Assembly (NCBI GenBank): GCA_963845755.1
Contig: CAWJTV010000033.1
Location: 32,001 to 96,000, forward strand
Length of the DNA stretch: 64,000 bases
Reading direction: 5' to 3'
DNA from: an uncultured Planctomycetota bacterium
GTDB taxonomy: Bacteria > Planctomycetota > Planctomycetia > Isosphaerales > Isosphaeraceae
Numbering within the stretch: the stretch's first letter is position 1; each line of letters opens with the position of its first letter. Positions 40,491 to 51,499 of this stretch are shown here, piece by piece. The position numbers and the translations under genes were made by a program. Under the pieces are notes generated by a model. It was not told where the DNA came from. It ran no database searches and was given only the letters and a program-made list of their open reading frames with translations.

Positions 40491-41600
40491 TCAGTACGAG
40501 TCGGAACTGATCACCTCGCCGCCATTGCGGGTGGAGAGGGCTTGATACACCCCAAATCGATAGGGGTTAGTCGTATTGGCTCCCCAGATGATGGTACTGG
40601 CGTTGTAGGTCGTGCCGTCGGGGATGGCATCGCCATAGGAATCCGCCGCCGCCGTCATGAACGTCCAGGACTGGATCGTGTTCTTGATGAAGCGGACAGA
40701 GCCGTCCACGAAGGCGAAATTCAGGCCGCCCGGGTGGTAGCTCGTCGCGTCGGTCGCATAATAGTAAGAGTACGACGGAGTCCCATTGAGCGTCAGCCCG
40801 GGTGCATTCGCCGTGGGAAGGTTTGGCGGATAAGTCGTCGTGAACATCGTGTCGAAGTAGAGGCCGCTGCTCCAGACCGTGTCGCAATTCTGATAGTTCT
40901 TATCGTAGGTTGCGAAGTAGCCGTGAGCCTTTTCCCCGTAGATGAACGTATTGCTGGTCCCGTCGGTTATGCTCGCGATCGTGACAGCCTGATCGATGAT
41001 GATCGAGCCATTCTGTTGCGACTGGACCTGGGTGCCTCCCCTGGCGCCGATGTAGTAGTTCGACCAGAATGTCCCCTGGCTTCCCGAGTACGAGCTGAAG
41101 TAGGCAAACTGGCCGATCCCCGAGGGGGTGAGTCCATCCCAGTTGGAGGGCGGGTACCCGTTGCCCGAGCTGATGACCTGGGGTTGGTTGTTGATGTCGC
41201 TGGGGCAGACGAGGATCGACAGTTGAACGCCGGCGACCGTCCGATTCTCGACATTCCCGTACGTCATATTAAAGTTGACGGCGTTGTACATCGGTGCTTG
41301 CTCCGTGAACGGGAGCAGCCGGACGAAGCTGCTGAAGTTGTCGCGGTAGAAAGGCTGTGACTTGGTATAGTCGAGCGAGGAGCAGGCTGCGGGCGGAAGG
41401 CCGTTGTTGGTCGACTCGTAGTTGTTGGCGGCGAGGGCGATCTGCTTGAGGTTGTTGGTGCACTGAGCGCGGCGGGCTGCCTCGCGTGCGGCCTGGACGG
41501 CGGGCAACAACAGGGCGATCAAGACGGCGATGATCGCGATGACGACGAGTAACTCGATCAGGGTAAAGCCGGAGCGGCGTCGCAATTGCTGACTCGGCAT
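40491..41600 (-). CDS. DUF1559 protein with type IV prepilin N-terminus and H-X9-DG motif
   Basis: [65 protein letters not shown]. Confidence 0.93.
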   Translation of the reverse strand: MPSQQLRRRSGFTLIELLVVIAIIAVLIALLLPAVQAAREAARRAQCTNNLKQIALAANNYESTNNGLPPAACSSLDYTKSQPFYRDNFSSFVRLLPFTEQAPMYNAVNFNMTYGNVENRTVAGVQLSILVCPSDINNQPQVISSGNGYPPSNWDGLTPSGIGQFAYFSSYSGSQGTFWSNYYIGARGGTQVQSQQNGSIIIDQAVTIASITDGTSNTFIYGEKAHGYFATYDKNYQNCDTVWSSGLYFDTMFTTTYPPNLPTANAPGLTLNGTPSYSYYYATDATSYHPGGLNFAFVDGSVRFIKNTIQSWTFMTAAADSYGDAIPDGTTYNASTIIWGANTTNPYRFGVYQALSTRNGGEVISSDSY

Positions 41601-42063
41601 GGATGAACTCCTGGATTGATGGACGCGGAGGTCGCGGTTCGGGAGAGGCGGTATCACCAGTCCTTCGGCTTCTGGGTTCGGCGCGGCTCCCTCGCCGTCG
41701 CAACCTTCCGAAGAGGCCGGAGCCACATTGTACGGTTCGATCGAGTAGGATCTGAGAAGGGATGATGAAATCGCGTTGACGGGCGGCAGCAGGATCGGCG
41801 AGGGCGAGCGGGTGTCGAGCGGTCCGCCTCGCGAAGTCGTTGCGAAGCACCAGGGTCTTGCAAACCGCGGTGGGCTGTGCCATATTCCACCTTCCAACCC
41901 CAAGCCCGGACTGCGTCCGCGACGAGAAGTCATCGCAAGAGCCCTCGTTGGGATCGCGCCGGGAACGACCCAACCGGGTCGCCGATCGTGAGCCAGACTC
42001 CAGAACCCAGGGTGGTCCATCGGCGGGGAATTCGACCACGACCCGAGACGAGAGACGACAACC

Positions 42064-44439
42064 ATGAGCTGGCAGGTGGGTCTATACGTCGCTGCCGTTC
42101 TGATCCCGTTGGTGGCGTTCGCGATCGAGGCGATTTTTATCCGGCAGTTGAAAAGATGGAATGCCTACATCGCCACCGGCGCGATCTTCCTCTCGTTCAT
42201 CCTCAGCTTCATCGGCTTCGCGCACTACTTCTTCCTGTCCGGCGACGAAGTTCCCTGGGCCGAGGCGGAGTCGTACGTCGCGGCTGAAGAGGGCGAAAGC
42301 CACGAGCTTCCCGGCGAGCGGCCGATCTCCAAGGAGCCCGCCCATAGCTGGGCAGGCCACTTCAACTGGATCAGCCTGGGGAGTGCGCCGGGGACGGATA
42401 CAACCCCTGCGCGGCCGGCCCTGGCCGTCCCGCTGGGTGTCCGGATCGATAACCTGGGCGCGATCATGTTCCTGATGGTCACGTTCATCGCGACCCTGAT
42501 CCACATCTATTCCATCGGCTACATGCACGACGATCCGCGGTTCCCGCGGTTCTTCTGCTACCTGTCGCTGTTCTGCTTCTCGATGCTCGGGCTCGTCGCC
42601 TCGTCGAACGCGTTCATGATCTTCATTTTCTGGGAGCTGGTCGGCCTCTGCTCCTATCTGCTTATCGGCTTCTGGTACGAGGACAAGGTCAACTGCGATG
42701 CGGCCAACAAGGCGTTCGTCGTCAACCGGATTGGCGACGTCGGGATGCTTGTGGGCCTGGGCATCCTCTGGACCAACCTGGGCACGTTCGACTTCAAGGA
42801 GATCAACGAAGGGCTGCGCGGCTCCACGGGCTCGCTGCACGCCGTCATCGGTGTCAAGGGTGACGAGGTTGTCCAGCTCATCGATCGGGGCACCCGACGG
42901 GTCCAGACCGACCCGGCGACGGGCGAGCCGCGGCAGATCCCGTACGTGCTCTTGACCATAGCCGGGCTGGGGATCTTCGCTGGCTGCGTGGGCAAGAGCA
43001 CCAGTTCCCGCTCCAGGTCTGGTTGCCGGACGCCATGGCCGGCCCGACGCCGGTCTCGGCCTTGATCCATGCGGCGACCATGGTCGCGGCGGGGGTCTAC
43101 CTGGTCGGCCGGTTCTTCCCGCTGTTCACCCCCGCGGCGCTGCTCTATATCGCGTACACCGGAGGGTTCACCCTGTTCATCGCGGCAACGATCGCCATGG
43201 TCCAGATCGATTACAAGAAGGTCCTGGCCTATTCGACGGTCAGCCAGCTTGGCTTCATGATGCTGGCGCTGGGAGTCGGCGGCTGGGTGGCGGGACTTTT
43301 CCACCTGATCACACATGCCTTCTTCAAGGCCCTGCTCTTCCTCTGCGCGGGCAGCGTTTATCACAGCGTCCATACCTATGAGATGCCGGCGCTTGGCGGC
43401 CTGCGCAAGAAGATGCCGTGGACGGCCGGTTGTATGCTGATCGGTACGCTCGCCATCTCGGGGGTGCCCGGGTTCAGCGGGTTCTACTCGAAGGACGCGA
43501 TCCTCGCCGCCGCGATCGCCCGGGTCCAGGAGAGTCCGGAGCATTTCTTGCTGTTTGTGCTGCCCGCGGTGGGTGCGGTCCTCACGGCATTCTACATGTT
43601 CCGGATGTGGCTCCTGGTTTTTGCGGGCGAGCCGCGCGGGTTCCCGACGCCCGCCGAGCAAGCCTACGCCGAAGCCCACGACGAGGAGCACGCGCTGGAC
43701 CACGGTCACGCGCACGGTCATGGCGATGACCACGACCGCAATCCGGCAGCCCACGCTCATGAGAGCGACTGGGTCATGGTCGGGCCGCTGGTCGCCCTGG
43801 CGGTCTTCAGCGTCATCGTCGGCTGGGGGGTCTTCTTCTATGTCCTCCCGAATCCCCTGACCTTCCTCGGTTGGGGTACTCCCGTCCTGGAGCAGATGCT
43901 CGACTACGGCGAGCCCTACCGGGCCATCAATCCGATGGCGCTGCACGATTTGCACTTCTATGCATTGGGCGCCTCGCTGCTGATCTTGTTCGTGGGCGTT
44001 GGCCTGGGGCTACTTTATTACGCCGCCGCGGGGCTTCCCGTACTTCGTCCAGACGCGCCTGAAGGCAGAGCGGACCGCGGAGCGGTTTGGCGGGATCTAT
44101 CGCTTCCTGGTCCACAAATGGTACTTCGACGAGCTGTACTGGGCCGTGCTGGTCCGGCCTTGCATGGCGTTCGCGCGGCTCTGCCGCCAGATCGACCAGG
44201 TCTTGATCGACGGACTTGTCAACGGCTCGGCGGCCTTCACGATTTTTGTAAGGCAACTTGTGGGGATATTCGACATGATTGCCGTCAACCGCCTGGTCAA
44301 CCTGACGGCCAGGGCGGTCTATGTCCTCGGCGACCGGAGCCGATCGATCCAGACCGGCCGGCTCCGCAACTACCTGATGTTATTGACCGTCGGCCTGGTC
44401 GGACTATTTGTCGGCGTCTTCGCCTGGATCCGAGGCTGA
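42064..44439 (+). CDS. nuoL: NADH-quinone oxidoreductase subunit L (frameshifts near 43000 and 44020)
   Basis: IHIYSIGYM, WELVGLCSYLLIGFWY, NRIGDVG, PDAMAGPTPVSALIHAATMV, THAFFKALLFL, KWYFDELY, QTGRLRNY across three ORFs. Confidence 0.9.
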
Positions 44440-44584
44440 TTGGTCCTTGGTGCTTGGTCCTTCCTCCCAGGTGGCTCCGCTCGGGTGCGGAGCGGGAGCC
44501 GAAGGCCAAGGCGCTCGGCCCGCGGATCGCGTTCGGGATCGCAAGACCATCCACTCATCACCAAGGACCGAGGACTGAGGAATC
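44437..44584. repeat. Inverted heptamer arrays, nuoL-nuoM junction
   Basis: TGA ttggtcc ttggtgc ttggtcc tt ... caccaa ggaccga ggactga ggaatc ATG. Confidence 0.78.
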
Positions 44585-46342
44585 ATGAGCGACAACCTGC
44601 TGCTAAGTTCCCTCTGGCTGCTCCCCGTGATCGGTCTGATCGTCGTCCTGATCGTTCCCAAGCGGAGCGAGGCGTCGGTTAAGTGGATCTCGCTCGGCTT
44701 CACGGTGGCAACCTTCCTCGTGACGCTCGTGATGCTGGGAATCTACGTCGGCGACCAGAATGCCCGCCAGTCATTCTCGGAGCGGGCGAAGCACAACACC
44801 GTGACGGCCTCCACTGACGACAGCGTCGCCAGCGCGGAACCGGCGACGGGCCAGTACGACCTCGTCGTACGCCGCTCGTGGATCCCGAGCTTCAACATCC
44901 AGTATTATCTCGGCGTGGATGGGATCAGCCTCAGCCTGGTCGTGCTCACCGGCCTGGTGAGCGTGCTGGCGTGCCTGGCATCCTGGAACATCGACAAGCA
45001 GGTGAAGGGCTACTTCGCCCTCTATCTGCTTCTGGTGGCCAGCATGATGGGTGTCTTCATCTCGCTCGATCTCTTCCTGTTCTACGTCTTCTTCGAAGTG
45101 ATGTTGCTGCCGATGTACTTCCTGATCGCCATCTGGGGCGGGCCCCGGCGCGAGTACGCAGCCATCAAATTCCTGCTCTATACCCTCTTCGGTTCGGTCT
45201 TCATCCTGGTCGCGATCCTGATCCTCTACTTCTGGACGCCGGTGGGCGTCACGGTCCCGGGTTTCACGGCGCACTCATTCGACCTGGTGAAGCTGACCGA
45301 GATCGCCAGCCAGACGAGCTATTATGGATATGATGTCCAGACCATCGTGTTCATCCTGTTCTTCGTGGGATTCATCATCAAGCTGCCGTCGTTCCCGTTC
45401 CACACGTGGCTTCCCGACGCGCACGTCGAGGCGCCCACTCCGATCAGCATGATCCTGGCGGGGATCCTCCTCAAGATCGGCGGATACGGCCTCATCCGGC
45501 TGGCCTGGCCCTTGGCACCGGCCGGCGCCTACTACTGGTCCTACTTCGTCGCCGCCCTGGGCGTCTTCAGCATCCTCTATGGGGCGCTGGTGGCGATGGC
45601 CCAGACCGACTTCAAGAAGCTGGTCGCTTACAGCTCGGTCAGCCACATGGGTTACGTGACGCTCGGCTTGGCCGTGATGAACCTGAACGCCGACCCGCGC
45701 TATTACGCCTACGGCGTCAACGGCGCCATGTTCATGATGCTGGCTCACGGGATCACCTCGGCCGGTATGTTCTTCCTGGTCGGCGTGATCTACGACCGGG
45801 CGCACACCCGCGACCTCAATAAGCTGGGTGGTCTGAACAATATCATGCCGCTCTACGGGGCGATCTCCTACATCATCTTCTTCGGCTCGATGGGTCTGCC
45901 GGGACTCTGTGGGTTCGTGGCCGAGGTCTTCGTCGTGCTGGCGGCGTTCAACTACAGCATCCCCCTGGCGGTACTGGCCGCCGCGGCGGTCATCCTCACG
46001 GCGGGGTATATCCTCTGGACCGTCCAGCGCGTCTTCCTGGGCAAGAGCGAGACCTGGAAGGGCTTGCCCGATTTGAACCTTCGCGAGATCTTCATCGCCG
46101 TGCCGCTCGTGGTCCTGACCATCGCGATGGGGATCCTGCCCCAACCGTTGATCCTGAGCTGGATGAGTCCGTCGGTTGACCGGATGGCCGACGGAGTCAT
46201 GACGGCCCGCGAAGTCAGCGTCCCGCGCGGGAAGATCGTCGCGCCGCTCCCTCGACGCGCCGAGGCGGGACGGCCAGCGGTCGCTCCCCAGCAACATCTC
46301 GCCGAGGCCAGTTCGTCGCGTGGAGACATCCCGACCAAGTGA
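44585..46342 (+). CDS. nuoM: NADH-quinone oxidoreductase subunit M
   Basis: LGVDGIS, LFYVFFEVMLLPMY, PFHTWLPDAHVEAP, LLKIGGYG, AYSSVSHMG, GLPGLCGFVAE. Confidence 0.94.
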   Translation: MSDNLLLSSLWLLPVIGLIVVLIVPKRSEASVKWISLGFTVATFLVTLVMLGIYVGDQNARQSFSERAKHNTVTASTDDSVASAEPATGQYDLVVRRSWIPSFNIQYYLGVDGISLSLVVLTGLVSVLACLASWNIDKQVKGYFALYLLLVASMMGVFISLDLFLFYVFFEVMLLPMYFLIAIWGGPRREYAAIKFLLYTLFGSVFILVAILILYFWTPVGVTVPGFTAHSFDLVKLTEIASQTSYYGYDVQTIVFILFFVGFIIKLPSFPFHTWLPDAHVEAPTPISMILAGILLKIGGYGLIRLAWPLAPAGAYYWSYFVAALGVFSILYGALVAMAQTDFKKLVAYSSVSHMGYVTLGLAVMNLNADPRYYAYGVNGAMFMMLAHGITSAGMFFLVGVIYDRAHTRDLNKLGGLNNIMPLYGAISYIIFFGSMGLPGLCGFVAEVFVVLAAFNYSIPLAVLAAAAVILTAGYILWTVQRVFLGKSETWKGLPDLNLREIFIAVPLVVLTIAMGILPQPLILSWMSPSVDRMADGVMTAREVSVPRGKIVAPLPRRAEAGRPAVAPQQHLAEASSSRGDIPTK

Positions 46343-46745
46343 TCGCAACGCTCGTCAAGAGCGAGCTATCCCTGCCTCGTGGGACTGGCCGGGCCCGAGC
46401 GGTTTGATTCACGCCAGCTTGGATGTGGCTTGCCTTCGATCGAGGGAGCTCTTCCCTGGCGTGCGGGATCTCTCCGCCCCGTCGCCGAAAGTCGCGCTGC
46501 TGATCTTGCAGTGATTTCGGAGACCGTGTACTTTGCGGCCCACGTCGGACCAGGTTCGAGGTGAGGGTCGCCGGTTCGTTTCTGCCCATGTCTCGATGCA
46601 ATCGTTCGCGTGGGCGTAACCGATCTGCGACGCGACCCTCGAACCAACCACCAATCACCGCGGCTCGAGCCGTCTGACCGTTCGAGAAGCAGGGACGGAA
46701 CCCAGAGCGGGGTGGCCAACGCACTCAGGAAGGAGTCGAACTGCC

Positions 46746-47293
46746 ATGCGAGCCAGGTCATGGATGGCCGCTCTCGGCTTGATTGGAGTGACCTCGATCT
46801 TGATCGGACGAGGATTGTCGGCTCAAGGTCCGGGTTCAGCGCAGAAGCCGGGCCCCGCGAAGGATCACGAGAAGCCCCAGGAGATGCCGTCACGGACGGA
46901 CGCGCCGAAACCGAAGGCAAGACCGTCCGACTCCCATTTCGCCCGAGTTCAACTCAACGTGGTCATCGCCGGCCTGGGCAAGGACGGCGGCGACGTCGAA
47001 GTCAAGCCGGCCAATGCCGGCTGCAAGTTTCGCGCACGACTCCCCAGCATATCTCCTCGGGCGGGCAGGCGAGAATGGAGCTGAAGGATGTCGAGATCCG
47101 CGGTGCCGATCATACGTGCGCCGTCGCGATCACGGTCCGTGAGCCGGGTCAGCCACCGAAGACCGTCTATCGGGGCTTCCGCCTGACGAACCCAAGAGCC
47201 ACGTCCCCGTCCACCCCATCTTCCATACCGAGCTTCACATGTTATCTCAGTTCCGGCCTCGCCGAGGTCGATAAAGTGCGGACTCGGAGATAA
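46746..47293 (+). CDS. Hypothetical exported protein (frameshift near 47050)
   Basis: AAGGAG RBS, signal peptide MRARSWMAALGLIG...; second frame ELKDVEIRGADHTCAVAITVREPGQ. Confidence 0.55.
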
Positions 47294-47559
47294 GCCGCGG
47301 GGCTCCGATGGAGAGTCGGCGGCAAAGAGGTGGGAGCCCCGGCCTCTGAGGATCCTCATGCATCGGTGGGGCTTCCAGAGAGTCTGGAACCCGCGGCGTT
47401 CGCCTCGGCGTCGGTCTGGGTCACTTGAGGACGTGGATACATCAGCTTAGACGGATTGGTTTGAGTTGATTCGGTTGGGCGCACAATGTGACGACCCGCT
47501 TGGAACAAGACGCGTCGCTCTCACCAGGGCGGAGATGCCGAAAAGCCGTCCCGTGAAAC

Positions 47560-47808
47560 CATGAGTCTTTCCGGCGCGGCATGAAGCCCAAGGACGCGGT
47601 GGTGGCGACCTGCAAGCGCGTGGTGGAAACGACGACCCGCGATCCCCGGTTCCGCGACGACCGCGGACGGCCGAATTTCAACGCGATCTTCTATTGCCTC
47701 ACCAAGGACGGTACCTACGCCGCGGCGCAAATCCACCGACCGGCCAGCCTCGCCGTCCACGACGGTGATTCGGCACGAATGGTCGACTCCGCCAGCTTGC
47801 TGGACTGA
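47560..47808 (+). pseudogene. C-terminal relic of an asparaginase-2 paralog
   Basis: PKDAVVATCK...RDPRFR...FYCLTKDG...AVHDGDSARMV aligns with the C-terminus of 48080-49147. Confidence 0.75.
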
Positions 47809-48079
47809 CCCCTGGATTCGCCCGGCCGATCGTGCGAAAACAGTCCTAGAGCGCCTAACGATTGAGTATTGCACGCCTCCGGGCGATACGAATCCACCTC
47901 CCCGAACCCCATCTTCGGAAGGGCGGGAAAGGAAATGGAGCACTCCTCCTCAATGTTCCCCCCTTACGAACGGGGGTTCTTCGGTCGAGGACTTCGAGTG
48001 TGCGCAACCCAACCGTAAATCGCTCTGAAGGGTGCGGCCCGGGATCCGGGAGCTTTAACTTCGTGGGAGTCGATTCTTC

Positions 48080-49147
48080 ATGAGGAAAGCGATGAGCCGA
48101 CGTCTCTTCATGTCCTCGACCGCCATGGCGAGCGTGACTACGCTGGCCATAGGAGCCGCGTCGGTCAAGCCAGCCGGCACGAGGCGTCCGATCGCCGTCT
48201 CCAGCGCCAACGGGCTGCGTGCGGTCGAGAAGGCCATCGAGCTGGTCAAGATGGGGCACGACCCGCTCGATGGGGCGATCGAGGGAGTGGCGATCGTCGA
48301 AGCCGATCCGAAGGACCATTCGGTCGGGCTGGGCGGGCTGCCCAACGAGGATGGCGTCGTCGAGCTCGACGCCGCCGTGATGCACGGGCCGACCCACGGC
48401 GGCGGCTCGGTCGCCTCGATCCGCAACATCGTTCACCCGGCGGCCGTCGCCCGAATGGTTATGCAACGGAGTCGCCACTGCCTGCTGGTCGGGCAGGGGG
48501 CTCTCCGGTTCGCCCGCGCGCACGGGTTCCCCGAGGTCAACCTGCTGACCGACGAGGCGAGACAGATCTGGCTTCGCTGGAAGGAGACACGCGACCCCAA
48601 CGACGATTGGCTTCCGCTCCCGGATGAGAAAGTCGCGGACTTCATCCGCCAGGCGCTCGAGCCGAGAGTCACCGGCACGATCCACTGCTCGGTCCTCGAC
48701 ACCCACGGCGACCTGGGCTGCACCACCACAACCTCGGGACTCTCCTGGAAGATCCCTGGTCGCGTCGGCGACTCGCCAATCCTCGGCGCCGGCTTGTTCC
48801 TGGATAACGAGGTTGGATCGGCCGGATCGACCGGCGTTGGTGAGCTGAACCTGCTCAATCTCTCCAGCTCGATGATCGTTGAGGGGATGCGGCGGGACCT
48901 CGCGCCCAAGGACGCGATCATGGAGGTCTGCAAGACGATCGCGACGCGCTCTATCCGCGATCCCAGGCGCCGCGGCCAGGACGGGCGGCTCAAGGGCAAC
49001 GTGTTGTTCTACGCCCTGAGCAAGGATGGGAAGTTCGCGGGCGGCTCGATCTACCCAGGCGCGAAAATGGCCGTGCATGACGGCGATACGGCCAGGCTCG
49101 TTCCGTGCGATTCGTTCTACGACAGACCACCGGAGCGACGTCGCTGA
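48080..49147 (+). CDS. N4-(beta-N-acetylglucosaminyl)-L-asparaginase / isoaspartyl peptidase (Ntn hydrolase)
   Basis: Tat-like SRRLF; SVGLGGLPN, ELDAAVM, GTI nucleophile Thr, GRVGDSPILGAG, STGVGE. Confidence 0.9.
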   Translation: MRKAMSRRLFMSSTAMASVTTLAIGAASVKPAGTRRPIAVSSANGLRAVEKAIELVKMGHDPLDGAIEGVAIVEADPKDHSVGLGGLPNEDGVVELDAAVMHGPTHGGGSVASIRNIVHPAAVARMVMQRSRHCLLVGQGALRFARAHGFPEVNLLTDEARQIWLRWKETRDPNDDWLPLPDEKVADFIRQALEPRVTGTIHCSVLDTHGDLGCTTTTSGLSWKIPGRVGDSPILGAGLFLDNEVGSAGSTGVGELNLLNLSSSMIVEGMRRDLAPKDAIMEVCKTIATRSIRDPRRRGQDGRLKGNVLFYALSKDGKFAGGSIYPGAKMAVHDGDTARLVPCDSFYDRPPERRR

Positions 49148-49281
49148 TGGGTCGGTAAGGATCCCCAACGGACCATGCCGGGAGGCATGGTCCGTTGGCC
49201 GCGGCCGCAGCGGGTTGGATGATCGGATTCAGACGGGTCGGCCCGGCTTCTCAACCGACCGCCGACCATCAAGTCGATCGA

Positions 49282-50392
49282 TCAATAACTGTCGGAGGAA
49301 ATGACTTCGCCGCCGTTGGGCGTGACCAGTCCGCGCATGGTGACGGGGCTGACCGAATTCTTCAGGAATGCGACGTGGCCGTCGCCGAACAGGATATTGG
49401 CACCGCCGGGGTGGAATGAGCCGATCTCATCGTTGTTGCCGGCATTGTTGCCCTGGGCGATGAAGGGACCAGTGGGCCAGATGTTCAGCTCATGATCCGG
49501 GCGACCGGGGTTATTTGGGGTGCCGGAGACGCCGTAACCCTCGTCCGGCTCGGCCCATCGCCAGTAGCGACGGTAAGGTGTATAGCCGCCCGCCGGACCC
49601 GGGTCGTTGGGGTTGATTGCAGCCATGGCAGACTGGCGAGTGAGTACGTTGTTCCAGTAACCCTCGGTGTAGGGACTGAGGTAACGGGGATCGCGGCCGG
49701 CATCCTCGGCGATGGCAATGGTGTTGCTCAACCCGTCGGTGACCTCGGCAATCCGGGTCATTCCCTGCTTGAGCATCCCGTTGGCACGGAAGGTCTTGTC
49801 TCGATAAGGAATCCACGGCAGGGCACCTGGCCCGGGGATCAGGAGCGGGCTGATATCCGTGTAGACCGTCGGCCCGTAGTCGTTGTAGCCATAACCGTTG
49901 CCGGTCGCCGAGAACGGATCGTTCGGATCGACACTATCGCGACCACCGTCGGGAGAACGCGTCGACGAGGGGCAGAGGAATACGGCCACCACCTGCGAGG
50001 CGCCGGTGTAATTGGCACCCGTTGCCGCGTTGTATTCGGCCAGGTTGAAGTTGAGGGCATTGAATGAGGCACCCGCTTCCATGTAAGGCAGGATGCGGGC
50101 CAGGGTGCTCCAGCCGCCGTCGACAAATTGGCTGGCTGGTGGCGAGATGTTGAAGTTGGTCGAACTCCCCACCAGATGGGAAGGCGCTGTTCGAGCTCTC
50201 ATAGTTGTGGAGGGCCAGGCCGAGCTGCTTCATGTTATTCGTGCACTGGGCGCGACGGGCGGCCTCGCGCGCCGCCTGGACGGCGGGTAGCAAGAGCGCG
50301 ATCAAGACCGCGATGATGGCGATCACCACGAGCAGTTCGATCAGGGTAAAGGCCGGGCGCGAGGCGGTCGATCTCGTGCGAGATCTCGTCAT
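49282..50392 (-). CDS. DUF1559 prepilin-type protein (frameshift near 50175)
   Basis: [14 protein letters not shown]...QCTNNMKQ, then [32 protein letters not shown]. Confidence 0.9.
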
Positions 50393-50551
50393 GGGTTCAA
50401 TTCTCCGATCGGGAAACGAGTCGCGGAATTCACTGGGGTCATTCAGGATCGAGGCTCGCTGACAGAAGGCTCGGATTGTCCATCCGTCAACATCCTCGCG
50501 CGAGCCCGAGACGGGGCGAGGAAGCCGTGGAAACGCATCGGGACCACGACG

Positions 50552-50995
50552 TCACTTGGCGGTCAACTTGAAGTCGAAATCGTTGGGGCCTTCGGGTTTC
50601 ACCGTGGCGGTCCAGCCCGAGCCATCCTCATCCAGGTACTTCGCCGCGAAGGCGAGGTTCGCCCGCTTCTTCGCCGGACCCGTATCGCCGACCTCGATGT
50701 GGACTTTGTATTCGCCCTCGGGCAGGCCCTCTTTGGCATCCCGGGTGAACGTCCCATCGCTCCCGAGGGGGGCCGTGTTCGTCACGGTCGTCTTCGTACC
50801 GACGAAGATGACCTTGCCCGCGGTCAACGGCTTCCCGTCCGGCAGCGTGACCTTGCCCTTGACCGGATAGAGCGTCGCGGAAGCAAGGGGATTCGCCTCC
50901 CCGCAGCCGACCATGGCGACCGCCATCGCGGCCGCCAACGGCCAAGCCAGCCGTCGCCGAAGCGGCCTGTTACAGAGGCGAGCCATCTCATTCAT
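50552..50995 (-). CDS. Lipoprotein of the type commonly adjacent to DUF1559 genes
   Basis: VAMVGC lipobox; YPVKGKVTLPDGKPL, GLPEGEYKV, NDFDFKL. Confidence 0.8.
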   Translation of the reverse strand: MNEMARLCNRPLRRRLAWPLAAAMAVAMVGCGEANPLASATLYPVKGKVTLPDGKPLTAGKVIFVGTKTTVTNTAPLGSDGTFTRDAKEGLPEGEYKVHIEVGDTGPAKKRANLAFAAKYLDEDGSGWTATVKPEGPNDFDFKLTAK

Positions 50996-51499
50996 TATTG
51001 CTGACTCAAAGATGTTGATCTCGGCGCGGAAGAGGATCACTCATTCAACCCTCACCGATCCGTCCGAAAGTACCCGGCTGGCACGACCTTGAAGATTCTA
51101 CCCCTGTTCCTCGGGCATTCAAATGAATTATTCATGAAGACTGTTAGTTCATTAAAAATGATGAAGTGGAAAAATCACTGTTCCTTCGACGGACCGGGAT
51201 GAATGGAACTACGAAGAGGCACGACACCTGGCGGCCTCGATGGACCGGAGGGATCCGGGGCAGCTAGAGGGGAAATGGACGCGCCCTTCCTCTACCGCCT
51301 TACGAAGGGGGGAAGGAAGGATAATCGTATCGGCCGTGAGGCGTACACCATCCCATCGTGAGTCGATGTGAGAAGATACTCGATCGGACCCGATCCGGGG
51401 TGAAGTTTCGATGAAAAATCGGAGAGGGTTCGCGAAATCCGCTCTCGTTCCGCAGGCCGCGCCGACCGGTGAAAGCTCCCGTTCGTGCGATGTTCGCGA

